From Leucoraja ocellata (taxonomy: Eukaryota): a DNA stretch of 64,000 nt. Position 1 is the stretch's first letter; every line of letters begins with the position of its first letter. Shown here in pieces: positions 13,261-26,959 of this stretch. Under the pieces are notes generated by a model that ran no database searches, was not told the origin of the DNA, and saw nothing but the letters and a program-made list of their open reading frames with translations. The stretch is from NCBI GenBank assembly GCA_036785375.1, contig JAWMAR010000051.1, positions 1,364,001 to 1,428,000 of the forward strand. Direction: 5' to 3'. The translations under genes and the position numbers were made by a program.

Positions 13261-13629
13261 CAACATCTTTTCTATAATATGGTGCCCAGAAATGAACACA
13301 ATACTCCAAATGCGGCTTCACCAACGTCATATAACTACACGTGTGTGTTTCGATTGAGTCAGACTTCCATTTGCTTCTGCCTGTAGAATTGCTCCCCTGC
13401 AGGCTTCTCCCAGGGCTGGCAGGCCTCTGTCGGCCAGGCAAGTGCCTCTGCTGGAAGGCTGTTCACAGCCTTGAAGGACCACCTTGCGGCATTCTGCACC
13501 TGGGCTTTGACTGCACCCCCTCACAGACGCTGCAGCACTTGCCTGGCCGACAGATAACCAACAGTACTGGTGGTACTCTGAACGTGCTCGGATCACCTGG
13601 GCTTGTCATTGTGTGAGATAGCAGGGAAT

Positions 13630-14172
13630 TCACTGGTGAGGCCGCATTTAGAGTATTGTGTTCAGTTCTGGGCACCGTGTTATAGGAAAGATGGTGTCAA
13701 GCTGGAAAAGGTGCAGGCGAGATTTACGAGACTGTTGCCAGGACTCGAGGTCCTGAGCTATAGGGAGAGGTTGAGCAGGCTAGGACTATATTCCTTGGAA
13801 AGCAGGAGGATGAGGATGATCTTATAGAGCTGTACAAAATCATGAGAGGAATAGATTGGGTAAACGCACAAGCCTCTTGCCAAGAGTAGAGGAATTTGGA
13901 ACCAGAGGGCATTGATTTAAAGTGAGTGGAGAAAAGATTTAATAGGAATCCGAGCAGTAACGTTTTCACACAATGGGTGGTGGAATGAGCTGGCAGAGGA
14001 GCTAGTTGAGGCAGTTGCTTTCGTAACATATAAGAAACATTTGGTCAGGTACATGGAAAGGACAGGTTTAGAGGGATTTGGGCCAAATGCAGGCTGGTGG
14101 GATTCATGTAAATGGGACATGTTGGTAGGTGTGGGCAAGTTGGGCCAAAGGACCTGCTGTATGACTCCATGA
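13630..14172 (+). mobile_element. CR1 LINE 3' fragment
   Basis: [42 protein letters not shown] followed by the CR1 3' UTR. A small antisense CR1 piece lies at ~13262-13335. Confidence 0.9.
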
Positions 14173-15239
14173 TAGTCCAGATTGCAGTGCTTCCTCGTCT
14201 GGAATAGGTGTGTGAACATGATTATTGTGGGTTGCATTCATGAGATGTTCAGTAACGGAGAGCAGGCAAGTCAGGAGTTGTGTTTCGAAGGGGAATTCTG
14301 TTTCTCTCTTTTCATTCATCTCATGTGGGCAACAAGGGGAGCTCAGCATTTAATGATCATCCCTGAAGACAGTGAGGAGTTGCCTTTCAGGCTCATTGCA
14401 GTGATTGCGGTGAAGTTACAACTACTGAGCTCTTAGGCCGGGGTATGAAGAATTTCTAAACCAGTAACAAGGGAAATGTGCAGAGATATTTCCAAGCTTG
14501 GACAGACTACGATGTGGCGATGAGCTCGTAAATGGCAGATTTCCCATGTGTTCTTTCAGGTGCACGGATCATAGGTTTAGGATGTGCAGTAGATGAGGCT
14601 TTTGTGAGTTGTCCCAATGTTTAAGCGGATGGTATACACAGCAACCAAAGTGCACATTGGATGAGGACTGACCTCATTTTTGTGCCTTCCACCACTGTGA
14701 TGAATACTGTGGTGGATGTTTGTGTTAAAATTTTTATTGTGTATTGTGTGGGTTTTTTTTAATTGTACTGCTGCTGACAATTTTTTTTCATGTGACGAAT
14801 AAAACGTGACGACTTGACGACTCGACATTGCTGTAGAAAGTGAATGCTCAGTTGGTAGATTAGCATGGCAATCAAAGGGCTGCATTTATAATTTAAAACA
14901 CCTTTGAAATGGACCTGCCCAAACCAAAGGACCAATGTGGTTGTGTGAATATAATCAGTTCGTAAGTTCTAGGAATGGAATTAGGCCATTCGGCCCATCA
15001 TGTCTACTCAGCCATACAAACATAGCTGATCTAGTACTAGACCAGAGTACTTCAGTAGAACTAGATTATTTTGTGGTGAACAGACAACTGTAAATCCTGC
15101 ATGACTTTTGATATGCGTTGTGAGGAATATAATCACCATGAGTTTAGGTGGAGTAGAGTGAATAGAATCATGATGGTATTAGGTGGATGGCATCTGATGC
15201 TTCAGCATAGCTTATGGTGGGTTGGCATGAGCAAAATAA

Positions 15240-16010
15240 ATTCATGTTCCAGGAGCAGAATTAGGTTATTCAGACCATTGTCTGTTCCGCCATTCAATTA
15301 TCGCTGATCTATCTCTCCCTCTCAACCCCATTCTCCTGACTTTGCCCCGAAACTCCTGACACCCTTATTAATCAAGAAACTGTCAATCTTCATCTGAAAA
15401 TTATCCACTGACTGCCTCCACAGCTGTCAGTGGCAATGAATTCCACAGGTTCACCACCTTCTGACTAAATAAATTCATAGGGTCATAAGGGGTAGAAGCA
15501 GAATTAGACCATTTGGCCCATCAAGCCTTCTCCGCCATTCAATTATGGCTGATCTACTTCTCCGTCCTAAATCCATTCTCCTGCCTTCTCCCCATTACCC
15601 CTGACACCAGTACTAATCAAGAATATATCTCTGCCTTAAAAATACCCATTGACTTGGCCTGCACCGCCTTCTGTGGCAAAAATTCCACAGATTCATCACC
15701 TTCTGCCTAAATAACTTCCTCCTCATCATCTTTCTAAGGTACATCCTTTCAGTCTGAAGAAGGGTCTCGACCTGAAACGTCACCCATTCCTTCTCTCCAG
15801 AGATGCTGCCTATCCTGCAGAGTTACTCTAGCATTTTGTGTCTATCTTCGATTTAAACCAGCTTCTGCAGTTCTTGCCTATACATCCTTTTTTTAATCTG
15901 AGGTTATCGCCTCTGGCCCTAGACTCTCCCACTATTGGAAATATCCTCTCCACATCCACTCTATCCTCATCTTTCACTGTTCTGTAAGTTTCAATGAGGT
16001 CCCTCTCTCA
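15240..16010 (-). mobile_element. Tandem/nested CR1 3'-UTR fragments
   Basis: Two successive antisense tails (ccgccattcaattat(c/g)gctgatcta...) at ~15240 and ~15478, continuing into ctctggccctagactctcccact. Confidence 0.8.
15750..15880 (+). mobile_element. Penelope-derived short unit with hammerhead-like core and 10-bp TSD
   Basis: cagtCTGAAGAagggtctcgacctGAAACGTC core at 15754-15781. TACATCCTTT at 15740-15749 and 15881-15890. Confidence 0.85.
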
Positions 16011-16327
16011 TTTTCCAAATGGTAGCAGTCTCAGATGCAAGGGTTTATGCTAGTTTTGACCATCATAATTATCTGCCTCTGGTTTCAGAATAGTTAAGTG
16101 TTTTGGGACAATGGATTAATGGAGTCCTGTGCTACACACAAATGCTGAGTGTTCCTCCTGGCACCTGTGCTATATGTCCTCTTCTGCCCACTACTCTCTG
16201 CCCAATGATCAGGTCCCGAATGCAGCAGCAGACTGCAGAATGACTGAGAACTGCTGTCTCCTTAAAATCATCTGAAGGCAAGAGGTTTAGGAGTTATTGT
16301 TGCATTTGCTGCCAGCAGCAGTGCAGC

Positions 16328-16812
16328 CCGACACGTGCATCAGGGTAGGCAAGGTAGGCAGTGCCTACCCTGACTAAAATTATAAAAAGGTAATTATTAA
16401 ATATAATTAGTAAAGATTTCCAATTAATTTACTAAATTCAGTATTTATTATTAATGGTTATTATTTGAATAATCGATCTTAGGTAGGAATAATTCTCCCG
16501 TGCCTTTCATCCGCAGTACACGTAATACGCGTAACAATGTTCAACTCGCATGCTGTGGACGCCGCTTCAAGCCCTCGCTTACAACGTGGGCAATAATGGC
16601 AGCTGAAATTCTGCCTTTGCACCGTGGACTGTGCGCAAGGTGCTGCACATGCCTATAGGAGAGGAGACCAATCTGCGCATATGCGGTTTTTATGATTTAC
16701 TGCGCATGCAAGGTTTTCACAATTTTCTGCACATATGGGTGTTTTTACGATTTCTAAAAGTCGACTGACTGCCTAGTGTCTACCCTGAGTAATTACTCAC
16801 GGCATGTGCCTG
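16328..16812. mobile_element. Non-autonomous hAT-type DNA transposon
   Basis: 8-bp TSD AGTGCAGC (16320-16327 and 16813-16820). Imperfect TIR ccgacacgtgc / gcatgtgcctg. Subterminal tg(c/t)ctaccctga at both ends and internal tgcgcat-type tandem repeats. Confidence 0.75.
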
Positions 16813-16847
16813 AGTGCAGCCTGGGCATAGCAGCACGGCATTGGAGT

Positions 16848-17135
16848 GGCAGGGTGACACAGCAGTTGAGTTGCTGCCTTACAGCGCCAGAGACTTGGGT
16901 TCGATCCTGACAACGGGTGCTATCTGTATGGAGTTTGTACGTTCTCCCCGTGACCGTGTGGGTTTTCCCCTGGTGCTCTGGTTTCCTCCCACACTCCAAA
17001 GGCAAGCATGTTTGTCCGTTAATTGGCTTGGGTAAAGATTGTAAATTGTCCCTAGTGTGTAGGATAGTGCTAGTGTGTGTCGATTGCTGGTTGGTGTGGA
17101 TTCAGTGGTCTGACTATCTCGAAACACTAGACTAA
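16848..17135 (+). mobile_element. HE1/V-SINE-like SINE
   Basis: gagttgctgccttacagcgccagagacttgggttcgatcctga...tggagtttgtacgttctccccgtgacc. Confidence 0.9.
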
Positions 17136-17249
17136 GTTCTGCCTAGCAGACCTCATTGATGGCCTCCATGCATTGCGAGTAGATGATGTTCCGTGCTGCT
17201 AACAGCAGCTTTTGATTCAATACAGCCCAATTTGGTGAGGCAGGTGGTA

Positions 17250-17830
17250 AATATAGAAATGTAGAGAATTGGAGCAGGAGTCGACCATTTGGCCTTGTAC
17301 GGTACAATAGAACTTTATTTATCATAGGAGGGAAATTAATTTGCCAACAGTCATAAAAAAACACAAAATACATGAAACATGAAAATAAAGTGACGAGTGG
17401 TAAGGCTTTGGGGATGTGCAAAGATTGAGGAGGTGGGGGGCAGGGGTCAGTCTCAGTCTAGCCCACGACAGAAGGGGGAAAAGTTGTAAAGTTTGATAGC
17501 CACAGGGAAGAAGGATCTCCTGTGCCGTTTTGTCCTGCAACTTGGTGGATGTTGAGCCTGCACTATAATTGTACATGATCATGGCTAATCCTCTACCTCA
17601 ATGCCTTTCATGTCTGGAAATCTTACCTCCTTCTTAAACATGGTCAGGGACTTAGATTCACCACCTTCTGTGTGAGCAGATTTCACTTTATCTCAGCCCT
17701 AAATGTATTAGATGTATCTTGAGACTAAGATCCCCCAGTTCCTGAAACCCCATCCTGGGGAAACATCCTCCCCACATCCAGTCTGCCTCATCCCATCAGA
17801 AATTTGAATGTTTCCGCGAGTTCCTCTCCT
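17250..17830 (-). mobile_element. CR1 3' end interrupted by a Rex/L2-type LINE 3' end (~17298-17550)
   Basis: CR1 tail ggagcaggagtcgaccatttggcctt|gagcctgcac is split by actttatttatc...tgatagccacagggaagaagga. Confidence 0.6.
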
Positions 17831-17857
17831 AGCCGCCTGAAATCAAATCACTATCAC

Positions 17858-18232
17858 TCAGTTTCAGTTTAGTTTATTGTCATGTGTACTGAGGTATAGT
17901 GAAAAGCATTTTGTTGTGTGATAACCAGTCAGCAGAAAGACAATATATTACAATCGATCCATTCAGTGCAAGGTGAAGCCAGCAAAGTCCGATCAAGGAT
18001 AGTCCGTGGGTCATCAAAAAGGCAGGTAGTAGTTCAGCACTGCTCTCTGGTTGTGATTGGGTGATTGAGTTCCCTGATAACAGCTAGGAAGAAACTGTCC
18101 CCGAATCTGGTGGTGTGCGTTTTCACACTTCTATACCATTTTCCTGATGGGAAAGGGGAGAAGAGGGAATGTCCAGGGTGCAACTCATCCTTGATTATGC
18201 TGCTGGTCTTGCCGAAGCAGCGTGAGGTATAA
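17858..18232 (-). mobile_element. Rex1/Babar-type LINE 3' fragment
   Basis: Tail tttagtttattgtcatgtgtactgagg and ctgataacagctaggaagaaactgtcc are similar to the 5820 region. Confidence 0.65.
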
Positions 18233-19704
18233 ATGCACAGGAGTTGATATCACAAACTGCTTCCTCACATTTATCCCCTGTGTAATGACATCCTTCATGG
18301 AACAGTGCATCTCGGCTTGGCAAGGTTTACAAGCCACACCAAAAATGTCTGATTGCAATTCGTAAAGGAAATTCCAAATAATCTGAACTGACATCTAAAA
18401 CAGTGAAATACAATTGGAACCACAAGACTAGCGTCACGTTCGAAATGTGTTGTGTTTCTTTTGTCGTTCTCCTTTACTTTGCTCGATTTGTAACAAAAGC
18501 AGAGAACATCTTATTATTTGGCACATTCTTACGTATGGCAGTGATTGTTATTTTCACATTGGGGTTTTAAAACTGGCACTGTGAAGAACAAAAACGCTGA
18601 AATGGCATGTGTCCTAACTTTTGAGCAGCAGCAATTTTTATTTATGAAAAAAAGTAAATATTTTTGTGAATCTCGAGCTTAAAGGTGTATTTTCAAATTT
18701 CAGCCCCAATCTGCTGCTGTTAATAATTGGAAATGTGAAATAGGTTCAACAGTGTCTAGACTTGTAAAGGACATAATTGGCTGTGAAACAGTTTGGGATG
18801 TCCTGAGGTCATGAACGATACTGTATCAGTGTAAGTTCTTTTTTCCCTTGTCTTTCTCCCTGGGTGGCAATATATTACCTTTTTGATTGTTCTCTCTTGT
18901 TTCTTTGGGCCACATATCTCTGGATGTTAAGACAGCGTGCGTACCATTGCTAGTTAAATTTCCTCTGAATCTCAATCTTTTCCTTTATATTTCCTACTTC
19001 CTGAATTTTCCCCTGCGGTGACCAAATTTATGGTCTACTACAGTAACTCTTGCTTAAGTTATGTCTAAAGTGCACCATTGGGATGTCATAATAATTTCAA
19101 TATTCTATCTCATCAAATTTAACCAGTTGTGTCCTTCTACGTAGTTTTTTTTTCTGGTGAATTGTTTTGTCTATTAGCTTATGTCTCTCAGGAACATCGA
19201 ATAATTTTTCCTTCACTGCTTTCCTGGTAATTCGTCAAAGGTAATCGATTTCCTCCTCTTTAACAAATGCACCCAATTTTTGTTTTGCCGTAATCTCAAC
19301 AAATCCGAACAAATATACGAGCAAAAGTAATTTACTGGCAAATAAGTGAAAACCTTTAGCCATCTGTCGAATAGCAGTGTAAACTGAGCAGCAGAATGAG
19401 AAGTGCCCTTAACTGAACATAGGACATGGCTGGAAAGAAAGGCACAACCATTTTTTTTTGTTTCTATAAATTTAAGATAACTACATACAGACACCAGCTA
19501 GAGAGTTTGCACAAATTTCAATTACAGGTTTTTGTTAATGAAGTGCTCAACAATGCAATTTTCTGGCTTAGAACCACAGCGTTCAATGTCAGTGTACTAC
19601 TGCTCTGAACGATCAAGACCAAAATGTGTGTTTGTTCCATTTGTCTGAGCAAAAGAGTAGACCTGGCCGGTGTGGATGCATGCAGAGGTAGGCAGAACTA
19701 GGTA

Positions 19705-19862
19705 GAATCTTCAACCTCTGAGATTTTGATTTGTACTGGTGTCCGGGGTTATGGATGGAAGGCAGGAGAATGGGGTTGAGAGGTGAAGTTAGATCAGCCA
19801 TGATTGAATGGAGGAGTAGACTTGATGGGCCGAATGGCCTAATTCTGCTCTTGTAACTTAAG
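19705..19862 (+). mobile_element. CR1 3' tail fragment
   Basis: gatcagccatgattgaatggaggagtagacttgatgggccgaatggcctaattctgctc. Confidence 0.8.
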
Positions 19863-22116
19863 AATTTACCAATTTCAGGAGCAATAATGTTGTGAAAATG
19901 CTACCTTCTCATCTAAATTTGATTAATCCATTCTTGTGAATTGGATTAGCGTTTATGTTGACTATACTGTTACAATATCCTGACATTCTTTGACCAGCCT
20001 CATTCTGCCATTCTGCCTCATTCTGCCAAGGACAATGTGCACACACACTGCAGCTATTCAAGAAGAATACAGGTTGCTGCCCTTTTCGATACCTAAGGAT
20101 GTACCTCATCCTTACCTTAAAACAAAATAACATTATAAATCGCTGCTTTCTGAGAACCAACGACAATAACCTTAGTCTATGCCTGGGAACAGGCGATCTA
20201 CACCTCTCAGTACCAGAATCATATACAGCAGAGCAATGGAAGGTTGCAGTTAATTTACCAGTAGAAAAATACCATTAAAAATTTAAAGAGACATAACTAT
20301 GCTATCAAATTCAAACATTATACACCAGTGAAAAGAAAAATGGAAATGTTATGTGTACATATTCTTGGAGTTGTGAAAGAGTACCATTTAGATGCTTTTC
20401 TTAAAAATTGCATTGAAAAGAATGGATTAATCATTTTATCCTGTCATTCCAGTTTCCATTTTTGCTGTGCGTTACAGTGTACTAAACGGTGATGGATTTC
20501 ATTATCCTTTCTGTGGTACTGTAATTAACTGAAATCCGCACAACCTAATTTTGTGCACAAACATATCCTGAAGATTGCTTTGGCTTGTTTGAAAACTAAT
20601 ACAGTTAGGCTTGTGCAGAACAAATTTAATTTGATGGCAGGTGGTTTGATAAATCAAGAGCCATTGTAAGTCCCCTTTTTTTTTTCAGCGGATGGATTAT
20701 GAGGGGTGAGGGGAAAGTCTCTGAAAGCTCAGTTTCAGGATTTTGGTTGTTCAAAACGCAGAACGGCATCTAATGCCAATCAGATTTTGTCCACGGAGAT
20801 GTTAAATTTTGCGATTTTTCTTGTTGCAAAGGTTATTTTTGTATTAAAGTAAAGGCCATGGCTGCACAGCACGAAGAGAAATTAGAATAACGCTAGTTCA
20901 TATTTCGAAAAATGAAATTGAGATTCCCCAGAGGTTCATAAGCAGTTGCTTTAGGGAAGAAGAAACATTTAATACAGCACTGAAAGGAGCCAAAATAAAG
21001 GGCTCCGTGGTTCTTGTGTAGGATGTAATAGCACATGAGATGCAGCATCCACATTTCCAGCAGCAGTATTAGGTTTCATGCCTTGTTATAGATATTAGTA
21101 TATAGGAGGCAAAATGATTTTTTGTGTTGAGAATATTAGAATTTCAGTGCTCTATGAAAAAGCTGTCAAAATTACCCACATAATGGATACTACACCTAAT
21201 CTTCAAATTTTTGTATAGTTGCTCAAAATGGTTTTTCATCCATATTTGTACTCTTTTGTGTTCAGAAATATTATTACACTGTATGTCAACACGGGTTATT
21301 CTGCCATTATATACCATTTGTAAGGCATTTCTGCTTATTGAGAATTTGTGGTAGGTATGGAGGAAATCAGTGCTTGTGATTCTTGCCTGCTGAAGTACAT
21401 ACTTTCCTCTTGCTCAAGTAACTATTGAACGTCAATGTAATTCTTTAAAAATACAGCATGATAAAGCCTACTTTGGAGTTGCATCATGTTCAATTGACAT
21501 GGAGGGTGGAGAGAGGGGGGGGGGGAGTGGTGGGGGAACGTTTGATGAATATGCAAAGGCAATCTTTATATCTCACCTCTCCATCTCTGTAAGCCAGTAC
21601 AGATATATTCCATAGTAAGATTGTAGTTGAGGGTATTTCCATCAGTTTAATACATTTATTAAATATCTTTGCCATATAGATTTCTCGGAGTATTTAACTA
21701 TTATAACTTGCGGCGCTTAAAGAAATTAGGAAATGATTGGCTTTTATTCTGCGGTCTGTTTCAATCATTGACCTTTTAATTTGCAACTTCAGAATTATAA
21801 CACAGTATGTCAGCACTTGTAATGAAAATTAAATGAAGTCTCGCTGAAAGCATCAACACGAAGATAGATTGGGTCAACAAAAACATTTGCTCTGGATTAA
21901 TGTTATGGCCTCGATGTGGATCTATTTTAAATCTCCTTTTGCAGTATTTATTTCTGGGCTTTTTTTCTGTGTGGCTCAAAGTAGTGTTGATAAGGCAGAT
22001 GGAATTCTGGTAATTACCTGATTTTTGCAAAATCCTGAAAGTAGGTTTGTTATGTTCCTTAATTTAGCAAAGTTCTAAGTATCCCAATTTGCAAAAAAAA
22101 TCAAAAGACATTATAG

Positions 22117-22381
22117 AGGCGGCATGGTGGTGCAGCGGTAGAGTTGCTATTTGATTTAGTCCAGGCTGTACTCCGTGACCTATGTGGGTTTTCTCTGGGT
22201 GCTCCAGTTTTCTCCCTCTCTCCAAAGACATACAGGTTTGTAGGTTAATTGTCTTGATATCATTGTAAATTGTCCCCAGTGTGTGTAGGATAGTGTTTGT
22301 GCAGGAATTGCTGGTCGGTATGGACTCGGTGGGCTGAAGGGCCTGTTTCCATGCTGTCTCTCTAAACTAAACTAAGCTAAA
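22117..22381 (+). mobile_element. HE1/V-SINE-like SINE (internal deletion)
   Basis: ggcggcatggtggtgcagcggtagagttgc head; gggctgaagggcctgtttcc and (ctaaa)n tail. Confidence 0.85.
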
Positions 22382-22384
22382 TTA

Positions 22385-22685
22385 TAGGATAAACCAACAG
22401 AACCTTTTACTCAGAATGGAAATATCAAACACTTGAGGGCAAAGCTATAAGGTGAGAGGGGCAAGGTTTAAAGGAGATCTGCAACGCAAGTTTTTTACAC
22501 AAACGATGGTGATGGAGGCAGAAACAATAGTGGCGTTTAAGCGGTTTTTGGATAGACACATAGATACACAGGAACTGGAGGGTTATGGATTATATGAAGA
22601 CAGGTGAGAGTTTGTCTTAGCATTATGTTCAGCACAGATATTGTGGGCCGAAGGGCCTGCTCCTGTGCTGTACTGTTTATCTATA
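22385..22685 (+). mobile_element. CR1 3' fragment
   Basis: aaggtgagaggggcaaggtttaaaggagat...gtgggccgaagggcctgctcctgtgctgtac resembles 4380-4640. Confidence 0.8.
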
Positions 22686-25600
22686 TCATATTGCAATGCA
22701 TGGTACACCTCTTGATTATGGTAAACTGATGAGCAGGCATCTAACATAAAAGATGGGATTACACAGAAACTGCAGCAAATGAGGATTGATGACCTTGTAA
22801 GGGAAATGCCACCCAAATTTCACTTGCACCAAGAAAAGTTAATTTTCTAATTTTTGTCTAAAGATTCTAACAGAAAGTTTGGTATAGTTTATAATGCAAC
22901 ACTTTAGACCTGAAGATTTCACCATTCGAACTGAGTCAGCTTGTATGTCACCAACTTCTACCTTTAGGATTATTTGCCAACACCTACTCTGGACCAGTTA
23001 TCTTTTTCTTCGAGTAGGGTATGTTTGTGGAAACAGAAGTGAGTGATGGGTAACGTGATGTAATACTCTATGCTTGTAAATATTTTGCGTGATTTAACGT
23101 TTAGAGTCCGATCCATCTTCACAAAAATAAAATGAACTCTATTTGCTGAGCTGACTGCTTTACCCAAAGCAAACTGGTCAGCATATGGTGTTGTAGCCGG
23201 GCCCTGTGAAACAGACCCGCGGCCCTGTATTGCTGTGTTTGTTTAGTTTGGTAGGTGGGGGGAAAGCTGTGCCATAGCAGCTTCCAGGGCTGAGCTTTTA
23301 GTCTTGCAACCTGTTGCAGCGACGATTCCCCTGTGGTTTGTTGCAGTTCATTTTCCAAACATGCAGCATTGTTTTTAAATATGGAAATATATGGCCATCA
23401 TTATTGGTGCATTTCTTCAAACGTGTCCAGCATTTGAACCTCGGGCTACAAAAATGTTGATCTGAAAATGGCAGCAGTCAGTTGATGAATGCAGAAGAGA
23501 GAAGCATAAATCAACAGAGGGCATTTCTTTTCTTTCTTTCCTCCCCTCACGTCCACAGAGAATTGTTGTCTATTGGTTCAGAAAATGGAGAAATGAATCT
23601 AGCAATACCCAGTGCTGGTTAGCAGATTGTCATTTTTGGGTTTGATGTTCTTTGGTATAATTGTCTTTCATGTGAACAATGGCAGGAGATCTCTGGTGTG
23701 CCATGGAAGCATGATAAAAGAGGCTGATCTTGCATAGCAATGTCTTTTATTATTAGTGTATAAAATTAGCAAGCTGGATGTTGTTAGAATTAGCTTTACT
23801 GATGTTAATTGCAATGCAGTATGAATTCCGTTAGCAGATTGTGCTGTAATTCTCGGTAAGGTGATAGCTGCATCGAAAGGTAATATTAATAACCTTTTAC
23901 TTTTATTGTATCGTTTTAGTGGGCTTTAATAAGGCAGTCACCGTCAATGGCAATTTATTAGAAAAGTGTAGTAATTGATGTATTGCAGCAAGTATGGGCA
24001 GAGGCTGAAGTTGATTAATGTATGAGTTGGCTTTTTTAAGGCAGTTTAAAAAGGCTTCTTAACTGGGTCTTTGGAGACCAACACAGACCCACTGTAAACT
24101 ACTTCATTCCAGTCAGAAAATGACTTGACAGCTGCTCCGGTCTCTGGTGGTTTTGCTTTTCTGATCAGAGAAAATTGAAGTAATATAGTACTCATCAATA
24201 ATTGCAGTGCTTAAAAATCTTATAAAGGGATTTTGACTGTTTCCCCCCCTGGAGATAAGTTTTCAAAGGTTAAATTAGTTTTACTTGCATTTGCTTCATA
24301 CAGTATATTCAACCCAGAGTAAGGATCAGTTGTGCTTTAAATGGACTGCTGGTTGTGAGTTGCATGAAATTAACATCTTTGCGCCGATCTGCAGTGTTTA
24401 ACTGCAAAGTGGTCTCTTCTGGGCAGAAAGCCTTTGTGTCTGCCATGGCATATAGAAACTATACGTTGAAACTGCAATGGGGAAACTGTGAGGGAGACAC
24501 ATTAATGCCATTCTCGTGTAAAGCCATGTGTCATCCCCAATAATATTGAGATTAGAAAATACCTGGTCTCAGTTGCCTTTGCACATACTTTATATAGTTT
24601 ATACATTGCATAGAAATCAATGAGATGGAAATCCGTATTCTCTATAAGTACTGAGCAGTAACAACATTCTATAAAGACGCTGACTGATACTTCTAACATG
24701 TTGGTATAAAACTGTTCCAACTGAATGTGACAGAAACATTTTACCACAGAGCTCATTTGCAGTATAAAGTATTGCCCTTTTTTCTTAGATTAGATTTTTG
24801 CACAGGTTTTTTTTTAAATGTTGTCCACGAATTTCACTAGACCACAGCACGGCAGTCTCTGGCCAAGGCAGTTTCTTTATAGTAAACGGGTAACTATTCA
24901 GCAGCATGTGAACAAAATGGTACACCGAGCAAAAGTGCCAGACACAGTTAACAGTTGCCCTCTTGTTTCTCATTCCAAATGCTTCCCTGCAGAATATGCA
25001 TTTTATTTACACAGTAAACCTTTCTGATTTTGTTTTAGCTGTGTATTTCTGCAGTCATATTGAAAGCTTTACTTTGCACCTCGCAAACGTTTTCTCACAT
25101 GTAACCCCCAAGAGAAACCTTGCATTGTTTCTCTCTGTTTCTCTTTTTGAAAGCATGTGTGAAGACACATACACCATCTCGCAACGATAAACTCTTTCAC
25201 AATGTTTCATGTTTGCTAGACATGTACTGTATACTGTGATTCCCAAAGTTGTTGGATAAAGTCATTTAAAGTGATTAAGACATCCACAACTTAAAAAGGT
25301 AAGCAGGTACTGAACAAATGTGACCGTACTGTAGAAGTGTAAAGCATTTTATTGCTTTGGCAGTTACACTTCATAACTGTCCCACATTTTTGAGGCATTA
25401 CACAAAGAACCTCTATTGAGACTGACTGATTCAGTTCATATTAACCAAGAGTTCATTTTATTAAAGCACAGGGTTCTCTCAATAACAAATCTTAAAATAA
25501 GCCTTGGCAAAAGACTATTGGTGATGGCTGCAGTCAGTAACAAATGTCCCTCACTCCAGGTAATTTATGGACATTATTATAGTCTGTGGCCCACATTGGC

Positions 25601-26147
25601 TGGTAAAGAAATTGAGAGAGATGCTAGTGGAATCAAATATACAGTTTCATAAGCAGCCAATCTTGGAATCAGTTGAACCTGTCTAATGTTTGTTGTTTAC
25701 TGCAGAGTTTAAGGTACCGATCATATTGGGCACATAATTTTAGATTAAACTAATTTTGTCATCATGCCTGATTTTGCTAAATTAATTTTACTAATGTGCT
25801 TTTGGCTTTATTTATGAAACAATCATGTTTACTTTCAGTTTTAATACTAATCTACAGGGATTGAAGTCATAATAAGTCAGGCTGTCTATTAACCCAGTCA
25901 CATTATGCAAACTACCATTTTAACATGCTGACATCTTGCGTTTACAATTTTTAAATTTGAAAATCTGAGTTTCACCCATCCCCAAACCCGAAGCAATATT
26001 AGTGCATTTTCAGGTCCATAATTTCAATATTTTTTATTTAAGCATGAATCACACAAAACCACTCCTTATTGCTGCTAGGAAGCAAAGTTTGTGGTGTTTT
26101 ATGGAGCCATGGCCATAATCTAAAGGCTACGTGATGGATTTTGCTCA

Positions 26148-26151
<4 letters not shown>

Positions 26152-26182
<31 letters not shown>
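26152..26182. repeat. (CT)n microsatellite
   Basis: About 15 uninterrupted CT units. Confidence 0.95.
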
Positions 26183-26186
<4 letters not shown>

Positions 26187-26959
26187 CATTGCAACAGATA
26201 GCATATGCCATTAATACTGGGATCCCATTGCAGTCAATCTCAATTTAAGGCCAGGTAACAGGAATGCTACACCTCCAGGTGTACATGTCGATCTGCTTTG
26301 CTCATTGTTCTGCAGAAGTGGCTGACATCATTTAGAATCAGGTGCATTTTAGTAGTTCAAGATTGCTGGCCTGAATTAGGAGCGATGATTTGTTTCAAGA
26401 TTTAAAGTGCCAATTTCATCTTCTCAGTGTTGAAATTGGCCACTGTAAAACCTGTTAACAAATCGTATGTGGTGGCAATTGGAACGGGCTCTTAAACCAA
26501 TGTTGTTTAAAGGAACAGTTATAGCTGTTCTCATCTGCCCATTCTTGTCTACATTGGAACAGAGTGACAATGTATGACCTAGAGCGTTTGCACGTAGTGG
26601 GAATCTTGCTCAGTCTGTCTTTATGGCAGAAAGACTATAAGCAGCAAATGATATTGGAGTGGCCTTTGGCAGCAGAGAGCAGGAGAGCAGGACAGAGGAA
26701 GTCTTAAAGAAAATCATTTGAAGTTAAAGAATAAAAACATCCCCCAGTTTATTTGTAGGGCAGACCTCGACAATGCTCTGATACCTATCATCACCAGCTG
26801 GAGTCTAGCACCAGTTCACACAATTTGTTACCTGCACCTTAGAAGCAAAAGGTGGCCCTGAGAAACTTGGATTCACAGCAGGCTGCAGGTACCCCTCATT
26901 GTCAAAGCCAAGTAGTTCCTCTTCCCACTGGATGCAGAAAAGCAGGAAAACAGGACTCT

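Noticed and set aside
16848-16920. tRNA-like A/B boxes here and in other SINE heads
   Set aside because: They are the tRNA-derived heads of HE1-like SINEs; no cloverleaf tRNA gene is formed.
20689-20705. Possible 17-nt exon after a T-run
   Set aside because: Short pyrimidine tract immediately preceded by gtaagt, weak donor, no supporting context.
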